The notes under the pieces are model-generated. The model was not told the origin of the DNA and ran no database searches. It saw nothing but the letters and a program-made list of their open reading frames with translations. A program made the translations under genes and the position numbers. DNA of 32,000 nt, taken from positions 3,060,001-3,092,000 of the forward strand of contig NZ_CP042905.2 in assembly GCF_008000775.2 (NCBI RefSeq), in the 5' to 3' direction. The stretch comes from Promethearchaeum syntrophicum (GTDB taxonomy: Archaea > Asgardarchaeota > Lokiarchaeia > Sigyniarchaeales > Promethearchaeaceae). Shown one piece after another: positions 1 through 8,593 of this stretch (position 1 is the stretch's first letter; the number at the start of each line of letters is the position of its first letter).

Positions 1-837
1 ATTGCGGACTATATCAAAGAAAATATTTTTATACCACTTGAAATGACACGAAGTACCTATCTAAAAGAGGATATTGAAAGTGATCCCCTTCAAAACTCTT
101 GTATCGGTTATATTTCAACAAAAGACGGTAAATCGATTAAGCCAAACCCATTTCCTTATGATACATTCCTTGGTGGAGCAGGAGGTATTTTAAGTTCAGT
201 AAATGAACTGAAAAATTATCTTGAAATGTTGGTTAGTGGGGGAAAGTTTAAAGACAAGCAAATAATTTCAAAATCCTCTATTGAAAAATTATGGACACCC
301 GTTATTTCGACTCCTTATGGTGGTGGTAAAGATCCGCATTATTGTTATGGTTGGATCAGGGAAGATGATTTTTTTGAAGATATATTTATTCACCATAGTG
401 GAAGTGTTGATGTTTCATCTGGATTTGTAGGTATTATTCCGAAATTGAAATTATATATTATAGCTGGTGAAAATGACGGATTTACTATTGGAAAAACAAT
501 ATCTCGAGCAGCTTTTGCATTATTACAAGATCGAGATGTTGAAATCGCTGCTCCAATATTAAAATCACAAAGAATTATAAAAAAACTAACCGGAAAATAT
601 ACAACATATCGAAATATTTATTCAGCAGAAATTTATCAAACAAATTTTGTTTTAATGGCTAAAGTGGAAGGAGACGAAGGTTTTTTAACATATCCGCTAG
701 CTCCTAAGGATCTTGATAATCTTTTATTTTCGATTCCTTCTCTTTCTAAAACGTTTGGGGACGTAAAATTTGAAATAGATGAGAAAACTGGAAAGATTTC
801 TTTTTCATTTGATAGATATATTTACCATAAGAAGTAA
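1..837 (+). CDS. Serine hydrolase of the beta-lactamase/esterase family, 5'-truncated by the window edge
   Basis: Frame 1 is open from base 1 (IADYIKENIFIPLEMTRSTY...), so the Met at 43 in the ORF track is internal. Stop is TAA at 835-837. The sequence resembles the C-terminal half of class-C beta-lactamase/EstB-type hydrolases (IHHSGS in the position of the KTG/HxG box). The SxxK nucleophile motif would lie upstream of the window. Confidence 0.6.
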   Translation: MADYIKENIFIPLEMTRSTYLKEDIESDPLQNSCIGYISTKDGKSIKPNPFPYDTFLGGAGGILSSVNELKNYLEMLVSGGKFKDKQIISKSSIEKLWTPVISTPYGGGKDPHYCYGWIREDDFFEDIFIHHSGSVDVSSGFVGIIPKLKLYIIAGENDGFTIGKTISRAAFALLQDRDVEIAAPILKSQRIIKKLTGKYTTYRNIYSAEIYQTNFVLMAKVEGDEGFLTYPLAPKDLDNLLFSIPSLSKTFGDVKFEIDEKTGKISFSFDRYIYHKK

Positions 838-874
838 GGATAAAATCGTATATCCTTCATTTATCTCTTTTTTT
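836..874 (+). terminator. Candidate terminator: 7-bp hairpin followed by a T7 run
   Basis: AAGGATA (836-842) pairs with TATCCTT (851-857) across an 8-nt loop and overlaps the stop codon. A run of 7 T follows at 868-874. Oligo-T is the usual archaeal termination signal. Confidence 0.3.
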
Positions 875-965
875 CCTAATTATTATAAATGATTATAGCA
901 AAAAATTTATAACCATTAAGAAGGAATATTTTAAAATTCCGAAAATAAAATAGTATAGAGACATT

Positions 966-1748
966 ATGTGGTTAAATTTCTTATGGTTAGGATTAGTAAT
1001 TTTGACATACATGATTATCATGTATTTTGTCGCGGTAAAAAAAGTTGATTTTAGTATTGTGGATGTTGCCTACGGGATTGGTTTTATTCTTCTATCCTTA
1101 TCAGCCTTGATTTTTTCTAGTAATTTTTCTTTCAATCATTTGATTCCAGTAATATTAGTTAGTCTTTGGGGTGTAAGATTAGCTTGGCACGTATATAAAA
1201 GAAATAAGAAAAAAGGAATCGAAGATATTCGGTATCAAAATATGCGAAAAAATTGGCAACCTCACCCAAATCGAAGCGCTTTCTTCAAGGTTTTTCTCTT
1301 TCAAGGTATGGTTATTTATATTATAACTTTTTCTATAATGTATTATATTACTTTTGAGTCTGAGGGAACTTTACATTGGTTCAGTTATATTGGATTAGTT
1401 ATTTGGATTGTGGGGTATTTCTTTGAAGTTGTTGGGGATGCTCAATTGAAAAAATTCATAGCAAATCCAGAAAATAAGGGACATATTATTCAAACGGGAT
1501 TGTGGCGTTATACTCGGCATCCGAATTATTTTGGAGAGGCTACTATGTGGTGGGGACTTTTTTTCTTCACCTTACCAGTGAATTTCCCTCTCTCATTGAT
1601 TGCCATTATAAGCCCCCTATGGATAACGATTTTGCTCTTATTCATTTCCGGAGTTCCATTACTAGAAAAACATTATGAAGGCAATGAGGAATATGAAGAA
1701 TATAAAAAACATACCAGCAAATTTTTCCCTTTACCCCGAAAGAAATAA
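966..1748 (+). CDS. DUF1295 / steroid-5-alpha-reductase / ICMT-like polytopic membrane enzyme
   Basis: ATG start at 966. The 260-aa protein has multiple hydrophobic helices. The C-terminal block GLWRYTRHPNYFGE is the signature I associate with the DUF1295 family. Confidence 0.7.
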   Translation: MWLNFLWLGLVILTYMIIMYFVAVKKVDFSIVDVAYGIGFILLSLSALIFSSNFSFNHLIPVILVSLWGVRLAWHVYKRNKKKGIEDIRYQNMRKNWQPHPNRSAFFKVFLFQGMVIYIITFSIMYYITFESEGTLHWFSYIGLVIWIVGYFFEVVGDAQLKKFIANPENKGHIIQTGLWRYTRHPNYFGEATMWWGLFFFTLPVNFPLSLIAIISPLWITILLLFISGVPLLEKHYEGNEEYEEYKKHTSKFFPLPRKK

Positions 1749-1777
1749 TGCTAAACGTTTTCTTTCGATTTTTTATT

Positions 1778-3103
1778 TTATTTTCTGGAGTACATATTAT
1801 ATCCCGATTTTAATGAATCATTCAAATCTTTCCATCGCTCAAGTTCAGCATTAGATACTATATTCCGAAGATGCTCAATTGATTTTTTTATTAGAGTTTG
1901 GAATTTTCCTAGTGAATTAAGCCCTGTTAAATCTATTTTTATAGGGAGTATATATAAATTCTCATCTAATTGGGAATGTAGTTTGGAGGATGCAAAAAAA
2001 TTAGATATTAAACTCATTAAAAAATTGTCATTTCGATCGCGCTCGTAACTTTTTTCCAAAATATCCATCATTTTACTTGATAATGCATGATAAAAATCAT
2101 CAAAAGTTGTTTTATTAATAAGCTCAAATTCATCCCGGATTCGAATTGAAAACTTACGTAATTCTTCCCAAACATGGATATAACGAATCAGATATGGATA
2201 GATAATCTTATTTATGGAAATACTCATTTCTCCGTGAAATATTTTTCCTGTTGAATCCCAGAATTGTTTACTTATTTCAGCTAAAGGTTCTGGGTCTTGG
2301 AATTCGATTAACGATTTACCTAATGTTCCTTGAGGATATATAAGCGCTGGAATTATCGGAGTTCCTGTCATTTTATGGATTCTAATTGCGCTTTGTGGAG
2401 TTGTAATTAACAATGGATATTTCTTGTCTACTAGGGGTACCTGCAGGTTATGTTTTTTAGAATAATCTTGTAGAATTACTAAAACACCATTTTGGTTTAA
2501 ATGGGAAATCATTCTTTTTTTTATTTCAACAAATTTTGAATGGGTAACTGCTTTTAAATTGGTCAATTCGGGTCTTTTAAGAATATTTTCATACATAACT
2601 TGATTTCGGGCGCGATTTATTGTCAGAACATTATATTTTTTTGGGTGGTAGACCAGACCAGCAATCAAATGAAAATACATCCCCGCATGTGGTCCAACTA
2701 TAATGGCACCTTTCTTTAGAGCAAGCGCTTCATCTATATATTTTAAATTTTTAAATTCAATGAATTGATTTAATGTATGTTCATATATATTGGGTGAATA
2801 TAACATAGCATCCAAAACCAAGGATGCCATATATTTAGCATTTGCTTGGAAAATTTTTTCTTTGAATTCAGTTGAGACTCGATCTTCAAAAAGAAAATCA
2901 AGCCCATTTAAAACATATCTACGCAACTTTGGTCGTGCCACAAATAATTTACCGAAAAGATGTCCCCACATATAAAGGAATGAAGGGGTAATTCTACGGA
3001 ACGGGAGAAAAATTTTGTATTGATGAATATAACTGATTATTTTATAAATTCCTTTTAATTGTTCGGCTCGGTTTTTCTTTACTGATTTTTCTGGATTTTT
3101 CAT
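1778..3103 (-). CDS. LpxL/HtrB/PatA-family (lipid-A-type) acyltransferase-like protein with a C-terminal helical extension
   Basis: The track ORF begins at TTG 3109; the first ATG is at 3103. Residues ~60-290 follow the family template: RRYVLNGLDFLF, ALKKGAIIVGPHAGMYF (conserved His), VLVILQD, TPQSAIRIHKMTGTPIIPA. The acidic residue expected at His+5 is Phe here. The last ~150 aa have no family I recognise. Confidence 0.55.
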   Translation of the reverse strand: MKNPEKSVKKNRAEQLKGIYKIISYIHQYKIFLPFRRITPSFLYMWGHLFGKLFVARPKLRRYVLNGLDFLFEDRVSTEFKEKIFQANAKYMASLVLDAMLYSPNIYEHTLNQFIEFKNLKYIDEALALKKGAIIVGPHAGMYFHLIAGLVYHPKKYNVLTINRARNQVMYENILKRPELTNLKAVTHSKFVEIKKRMISHLNQNGVLVILQDYSKKHNLQVPLVDKKYPLLITTPQSAIRIHKMTGTPIIPALIYPQGTLGKSLIEFQDPEPLAEISKQFWDSTGKIFHGEMSISINKIIYPYLIRYIHVWEELRKFSIRIRDEFELINKTTFDDFYHALSSKMMDILEKSYERDRNDNFLMSLISNFFASSKLHSQLDENLYILPIKIDLTGLNSLGKFQTLIKKSIEHLRNIVSNAELERWKDLNDSLKSGYNMYSRK

Positions 3104-3180
3104 ATACAATATTTAATAATAGTTACACTTATTTATAAAAAAAAGTAATTAAAATATGATTAATTTCCGGTGGAAATTTT

Positions 3181-4932
3181 ATGAATCAAAACTCGAATAA
3201 GATGGAATTGGATTGGATAAAATCAACAGCACCCTTAAATGAAAATATTGAAGACTATCTATGGTATCAATCTTGGCCAAAAGACATTCGGAAGCACCTA
3301 ACATATCCAAACAAATCCTTACATGAATTATTTACCGAATCGGTTAAGCGTAATTCTGATTTACCTTATTTAAGTATTTTAGGTATAGATTATTCTTACA
3401 ATCAAATAAATGATATGTCTAATCGGTTTGCAAACGCTTTAAAATTAAAAGGTTATGGAATAGGGGATCACATTGCGATATTTATGCCAAATTTACCACA
3501 ATTTGTATTTGTATTCTTTGGTATATTAAAAATTGGAGCAACTGTTGTTCCTATATCCCCTCTTCTAGGCAAAAAGGAACTCACCAAAATTTTCAAAGAC
3601 AGTAAAATTTCAGCGTTAGTAGGGCTTGATATTTTATATCCGAATTTAGAGCCGATTCTGTCTGAAATTTCTGGATTAAAAGATGTGATATTTACTTCTC
3701 TTGGTGATCTTATTTCACCAGTCTTACGAATAGTTGCAAAACTCATAAGAAAGATCCCTCCAACCCCTAAAATAAAAATTAAATATGAAAAACTCTATTC
3801 TCTTATAAAAAATTCCTCAAATCACCCAATTTCCACTAAAATTGATCCAAAGGAAACCATTGCGGTTATAGGATACACTGGTGGAACCACAGGTATACCA
3901 AAAGGGGCCATGCTTACTCATCAGAATTTAGTATCGAATTTACACCAAGGAAGAGAATGGGCTCGAATCGCTCATCCCATTGGAATCCATAAACGGTTTG
4001 TAGGAGCAGTTCCGTTTTTTCATATTATCGGATTAAATGCCGTAATGTTAGTTGCAATGTTTTATGATAGTACGATCTATCTTTTCCCAGATCCTCGAAA
4101 ATTTGAATCGATTTTACAAGGAATTGAGAAAAATAAAATAAATTACTTTCATGGAGTACCCACCCTACACCAAGCAATACTCAATCACCCAAAATTTGCA
4201 AAATATGATTTGAGTTCCCTAGAGATGATTTTTTCGGGGGCAGCACCTCTTCCAAAGGAATTAGGTGAACGGTTAGAAAAAGAGACACGAGCTATGGTTA
4301 TTGAAGCATATGGAATGACTGAGACCAGTCCGATGGTAGCAGCAAACCCGTTTGAAGAAAATAACCACCGCTTTGGATCTATCGGTATCCCTTTTCCAGA
4401 TACTGAATTTAAGATATTCAATGAAAATGGGGATTTAGAGCTAGATGTAGGAAAAATTGGTGAAATTGCTATTAAAGGTCCTCAAGTGATGAAAGGATAT
4501 TGGAATAATCCATCAGAAACCGCAAAAACATTACGAAATGGGTATATATTTACAGGAGACATGGGATATTTGGATAAAACTGGGTTCCTTTACATAGTCG
4601 ATCGAAAAAAAGATATGATTATTGCATCAGGATATAAAATATTCCCCAGTGAATTAGAACAGTTAGTAATACAGAATTTCCCAGAATTTAAAGAAGCAGT
4701 AATAACTGGCACTCCTGATGAATATCGAGGAGAAACTGTCAAATTAATTGCAATTTTAAGAGAAAATGTCTCAATTTCAAAAGAAAGAATTATCAATTTC
4801 TTTAAAGAAAATGTAGCGGTTTACAAAATCCCAAAAATAATTGAGTTCCGCTCCGAACTTCCTAAAACTGCTCTAGGCAAAGTAAACCGACGAAAAATTC
4901 GCACTCAAGAATTTAAAACTCAAGTATCTTAA
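3181..4932 (+). CDS. Long-chain-fatty-acid--CoA ligase (AMP-dependent synthetase/ligase, FadD type)
   Basis: All adenylate-forming motifs are present: YTGGTTGIPKGAMLTH, EAYGMTETS, TGDMGYLDKTGFLYIVDRKKDMI, and the C-terminal PKTALGKVNRRKI with the catalytic Lys. Size is 583 aa. Confidence 0.85.
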   Translation: MNQNSNKMELDWIKSTAPLNENIEDYLWYQSWPKDIRKHLTYPNKSLHELFTESVKRNSDLPYLSILGIDYSYNQINDMSNRFANALKLKGYGIGDHIAIFMPNLPQFVFVFFGILKIGATVVPISPLLGKKELTKIFKDSKISALVGLDILYPNLEPILSEISGLKDVIFTSLGDLISPVLRIVAKLIRKIPPTPKIKIKYEKLYSLIKNSSNHPISTKIDPKETIAVIGYTGGTTGIPKGAMLTHQNLVSNLHQGREWARIAHPIGIHKRFVGAVPFFHIIGLNAVMLVAMFYDSTIYLFPDPRKFESILQGIEKNKINYFHGVPTLHQAILNHPKFAKYDLSSLEMIFSGAAPLPKELGERLEKETRAMVIEAYGMTETSPMVAANPFEENNHRFGSIGIPFPDTEFKIFNENGDLELDVGKIGEIAIKGPQVMKGYWNNPSETAKTLRNGYIFTGDMGYLDKTGFLYIVDRKKDMIIASGYKIFPSELEQLVIQNFPEFKEAVITGTPDEYRGETVKLIAILRENVSISKERIINFFKENVAVYKIPKIIEFRSELPKTALGKVNRRKIRTQEFKTQVS

Positions 4933-4987
4933 AATGCAAAAATAGTATTTTAGGCATATCTGATTGAGATTTTCTTTAATCTACATC

Positions 4988-5007
4988 TTTTTTTTTCAAA
5001 TTTTTTT
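4988..5007 (+). terminator. Oligo-T tracts downstream of the acyl-CoA ligase gene
   Basis: T9 at 4988-4996 and T7 at 5001-5007, about 55 nt after the stop codon. This fits archaeal-style oligo-T termination. Confidence 0.3.
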
Positions 5008-5081
5008 ATATTTTAGAAGCAATTGTTTACCCGAACAAACAAAAATTTAGGACAACAGTAATATAAACTGAAAAATATCTA

Positions 5082-5465
5082 ATGACTATGGAACTCACAC
5101 GAAAAATGCTACCATCTTATTTTCTTCCCGTATTTATGATTTGGGTGGCATTGACCAACATCGGAGTAATAGTTGTCGCATTATTTCTATTTTCTTCAAA
5201 TATAGCCCTCTTTAGCTCAAATCCGGGATTGATTCTTGGTATTATTATTGCGATCAATGTATTAAGTATCATTCTTTTGTATCCGCTTTTTAACATGGAT
5301 CCGATTAAACCCTTTTTAATTCCTGCATTAATCTGGTTTGCAGTAGTAGCCATTATTTACATTATAATGGGGATGTATTGGTTACTAATCTTCTCATTTA
5401 TTCAATTAGGCGCAGATTTATGGTTTGAATGGATGGCACGAAGCATAATCAAAAAAAACACATAA
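5082..5465 (+). CDS. Small polytopic membrane protein, function unknown
   Basis: ATG start. The 127-aa protein has about four hydrophobic helices. I recognise no motif. The antisense ORF 5117..5353 looks spurious. Confidence 0.5.
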   Translation: MTMELTRKMLPSYFLPVFMIWVALTNIGVIVVALFLFSSNIALFSSNPGLILGIIIAINVLSIILLYPLFNMDPIKPFLIPALIWFAVVAIIYIIMGMYWLLIFSFIQLGADLWFEWMARSIIKKNT

Positions 5466-5473
5466 ATCGTTAT

Positions 5474-6343
5474 TTAACTCGAAGAAATCCATTCGGTTAA
5501 TTCATTCATTCTCTCATTAGCTAATGAATAACCTTGATTAAACAATTTTTTTAATTTTTTTGAATCTTTTGTTGTTCTCCCTACTTGTTGAAGATCGTCT
5601 GGTCTAAATATGAATACTTTTCCATCTTCTTCCAATTTCTTAAGGAAATCAAGAGTGTCATTATATACTATATGCCGATTGTTCATTATTTCTTCAATAC
5701 CCTCATATCCCTTGAACAATTTCTTAAGTAAATTAAAATTCTTGAAAGATTCTTTCCTATAATTGTCATTTTGGGTTAGAAGAACAACATTTTTCTCATA
5801 TCCATCCTCAATTGCCTTTCGAATCGGAATTGGATCCGAAATGCCACCATCTAGATAATTTTTTCCATTAAATTCTTTTATTCTTCCCATGAACGGTAAG
5901 CTACAAGAAGCAATAGCGATATCCATTAAATTTTTTTTTTTTGTTAAATTTTTCTTATAGAAATACTCAGTTTTTCCCGTTTCGCAAATAGTTGCCCCAA
6001 TTACATGCTCAGTTGATGAGTTAAAATAGGTTTCATAATCAAAGGGAACTAAGTGATTTGGAATTTCATCAAAGAGAAATTTCATTCCGAAGACAGATCC
6101 ATCTCGTAAAAAATTTCTAAAACTCGAATACCTACGATCTTTGGCAAATTGTATATCAACAATTCGATTTCTTCCTATCTGACGAGAAATATAAGACAAA
6201 GAATTTGACGCACCAGCGGAAACCCCAATTACATAGGGAAAATGTACATTATTTTCAAGGAAAAAATCTAAAATCCCTGCTGTGTGGACAATACGTTGAC
6301 CCCCACCTTCACAAACTAATCCAATATTTTTAATTTCTGACAT
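5474..6343 (-). CDS. Patatin-like phospholipase
   Basis: All three patatin blocks are present in order: oxyanion CEGGGQR, nucleophile elbow GVSAG (GxSxG), catalytic Asp in YLDGGISDPIP (DGG). ATG start at 6343. Confidence 0.8.
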   Translation of the reverse strand: MSEIKNIGLVCEGGGQRIVHTAGILDFFLENNVHFPYVIGVSAGASNSLSYISRQIGRNRIVDIQFAKDRRYSSFRNFLRDGSVFGMKFLFDEIPNHLVPFDYETYFNSSTEHVIGATICETGKTEYFYKKNLTKKKNLMDIAIASCSLPFMGRIKEFNGKNYLDGGISDPIPIRKAIEDGYEKNVVLLTQNDNYRKESFKNFNLLKKLFKGYEGIEEIMNNRHIVYNDTLDFLKKLEEDGKVFIFRPDDLQQVGRTTKDSKKLKKLFNQGYSLANERMNELTEWISSS

Positions 6344-6410
6344 TCTATATTTAAATGATAGTTATTCATCCCATAAAAAAAAAAATATAATATCTATTTT
6401 ATGGCATATT

Positions 6411-6476
6411 TGTTCTATTTGAAATTGATTTTGAAATTATTAATGTATCTGGAAGAATCTCAGTTTCAATAGAACA
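6411..6476. promoter_or_regulatory. Imperfect inverted repeat in the divergent patatin / SIR2-TPR intergenic region
   Basis: TGTTCTATTTGAAA (6411-6424) versus TTTCAATAGAACA (6464-6476). The arms are complementary apart from one extra T. A TTTGAAATT direct duplication lies between them. Confidence 0.25.
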
Positions 6477-6583
6477 CAATATTTACTTCTAAAAATCGTC
6501 CTAAATAACTGTCATAATTTTAAACAATGACCAATATTGAATTAAACGGTATTATTTATTAGATAAAAAGTTGATAAAAAAGT

Positions 6584-8572
6584 ATGGAAAAGACAGCATT
6601 TATTAAATCTTCTTTAAACTTGAATAAATTGTTTGGAGAGCAGGAAAATTATACATTCTTAGTGGGAGCAGGTATTTCTATGGATTCTCCATCTAATGTT
6701 CCATCGGCGAGGCAAATAATAAAATATCTCCTGAATATTTGTGCTTCTAACAAAGATCAAGCAAAAATTCTTGATATTGAAAATTTAAGTTATGAAATCT
6801 TTGTTGAAATCTTCCAAAATAACATAGATCAAAATTTAATGTTTTTGGATTATTTCGATCTGATTACTAAACCTAATATTATTCATTTTTTGCTTTCTAT
6901 GATGTTAAAAGAGAGGCAGTACGTAATTACAACAAATTTTGACTATTTAATAGAACATGCATTAATGAAAATTGAAGAAAATTTAGATAATATTACTCTA
7001 GTAATCACCAAGAAAGATTATCATAAAAATAGTAATCCTGAGAAAAAAGATAAATTACTGCTTTACAAACTTCATGGTTCTAAGAGAAATATAATTACAA
7101 AAGAGAATACCGAAAATTCACTGATTACCACCATATCCTCTCTTGGGAGAGATAGAAAACAAGGAGAGACTTTCGCAATTGAACCATATAAGAAACCTGC
7201 GATAATAAATTTAATGAAAAACAGAACCCTTATCGTGTTAGGGTATTCCGGCTCAGATGCTTTTGACATAAGCCCTACATTATTTGAATTACCAGAATTA
7301 AAGAGAATCATTTGGATATCTCATTCTAATATTGAAAAACCATTAATTGATGTAGTTAACAAGGAGGTTGATTTAGATGATCAAGATTTTCATCAATTCT
7401 CGTTAACAGATCAGATGCTTATTGATTTGGCACAAAATAATCCTTATGAAATTTACCGTATATCAGGAAATACACGTGTCATTACTGAAATGATCTGGAC
7501 TATAATATTTCCAAATAAAAACGAAAAGATTCCTGAACTGATTTCAGAAGAAGACAATCAAATACCTGATTTTAACGATTTTATTTCTTCTATTTATAAT
7601 GATATAACTGAAATTGATACTTTGTTTTTCACAGAGGAAATTTTCTCCACTTTTGGTCTTTATAAACGTGCACTTGACTGTATTGAAAAAGGATTGGAGA
7701 TTGTGTCCCAAAAAAATGATCTCGATCTTAAAATCAGATTTATTAATAGATTAGCGATGATTCATATGACAAGGGAAGAATACGATGAAGCTTTGAATTG
7801 CAGGGAAGAAGCCTTAAAATATTACTCAAAAACGAATAAAATATGCAGTAAAGCAGATCAATTATCATCGATTGGCTCAATTTTTCTTTCCAAATTTGAT
7901 TACGATCAAGCATATAAATTTGTAAAACGAGCCTATTCTATCCATAAGAAACTAAAAAATACTTATGGTCTGGCAAGTGATTTGAATTTATTAGGCCTAA
8001 TTTTCTCAAAAAAGGGAAATAAAAAAAAATCGTTATCCTATTATAAGAAGGGTTTGAAATTCTCCGAGATCAATGGGGATTTATATTCAAAGGCAGCATT
8101 TTTAACTAATATTGGAATTATTTATTATGAATCTAAAGAATATAGTAGAGCTTTACCTTTTTATTACGATTCTTTAAAAATAGAAGATCTTCTTGGAAGA
8201 AATTGGCAATCTTTTATAATTTTAAATCGTATTGCTGAAATTCATTATGAGAAAAAAGAGTGGAAAAAAGCAATTCCCAATTTTCAGAGAGCTTTAGAAA
8301 TCGCAGAAAATATTGGTGAAAATGATATTGCGTTTATTCAATATGATCAAGGCATTGGTCATATGCTAAGTTACCTTGGAGAATGTTCTGATAAGATTGG
8401 AGACCTTGAAACATCGTTGAAGTACTATGAAAAATTGTTAAAAAGAGATGAATTATTTAACGATATAAAAGCAATTAAGATTGATTTGGAACTCTTAGGA
8501 AACCTGCATTTAAAGCTCAATAATAATATATTAGCTCAGGAATTTTTGGAGCGTGCTGATAATATAGATTAA
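6584..8572 (+). CDS. SIR2-like (SIR2_2/NADase-type) domain protein fused to C-terminal TPR repeats
   Basis: N-terminal blocks are FLVGAGIS, VITTNFDYL (Asn118), LYKLHGS (His164) and LIVLGYSGSD. The C-terminal ~320 aa form 7-8 TPR-like helical hairpins of ~40 aa. There is no Walker A motif anywhere in the protein. Confidence 0.75.
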   Translation: MEKTAFIKSSLNLNKLFGEQENYTFLVGAGISMDSPSNVPSARQIIKYLLNICASNKDQAKILDIENLSYEIFVEIFQNNIDQNLMFLDYFDLITKPNIIHFLLSMMLKERQYVITTNFDYLIEHALMKIEENLDNITLVITKKDYHKNSNPEKKDKLLLYKLHGSKRNIITKENTENSLITTISSLGRDRKQGETFAIEPYKKPAIINLMKNRTLIVLGYSGSDAFDISPTLFELPELKRIIWISHSNIEKPLIDVVNKEVDLDDQDFHQFSLTDQMLIDLAQNNPYEIYRISGNTRVITEMIWTIIFPNKNEKIPELISEEDNQIPDFNDFISSIYNDITEIDTLFFTEEIFSTFGLYKRALDCIEKGLEIVSQKNDLDLKIRFINRLAMIHMTREEYDEALNCREEALKYYSKTNKICSKADQLSSIGSIFLSKFDYDQAYKFVKRAYSIHKKLKNTYGLASDLNLLGLIFSKKGNKKKSLSYYKKGLKFSEINGDLYSKAAFLTNIGIIYYESKEYSRALPFYYDSLKIEDLLGRNWQSFIILNRIAEIHYEKKEWKKAIPNFQRALEIAENIGENDIAFIQYDQGIGHMLSYLGECSDKIGDLETSLKYYEKLLKRDELFNDIKAIKIDLELLGNLHLKLNNNILAQEFLERADNID

Positions 8573-8593
8573 ATTTAAAAATAAAAAGAATTT

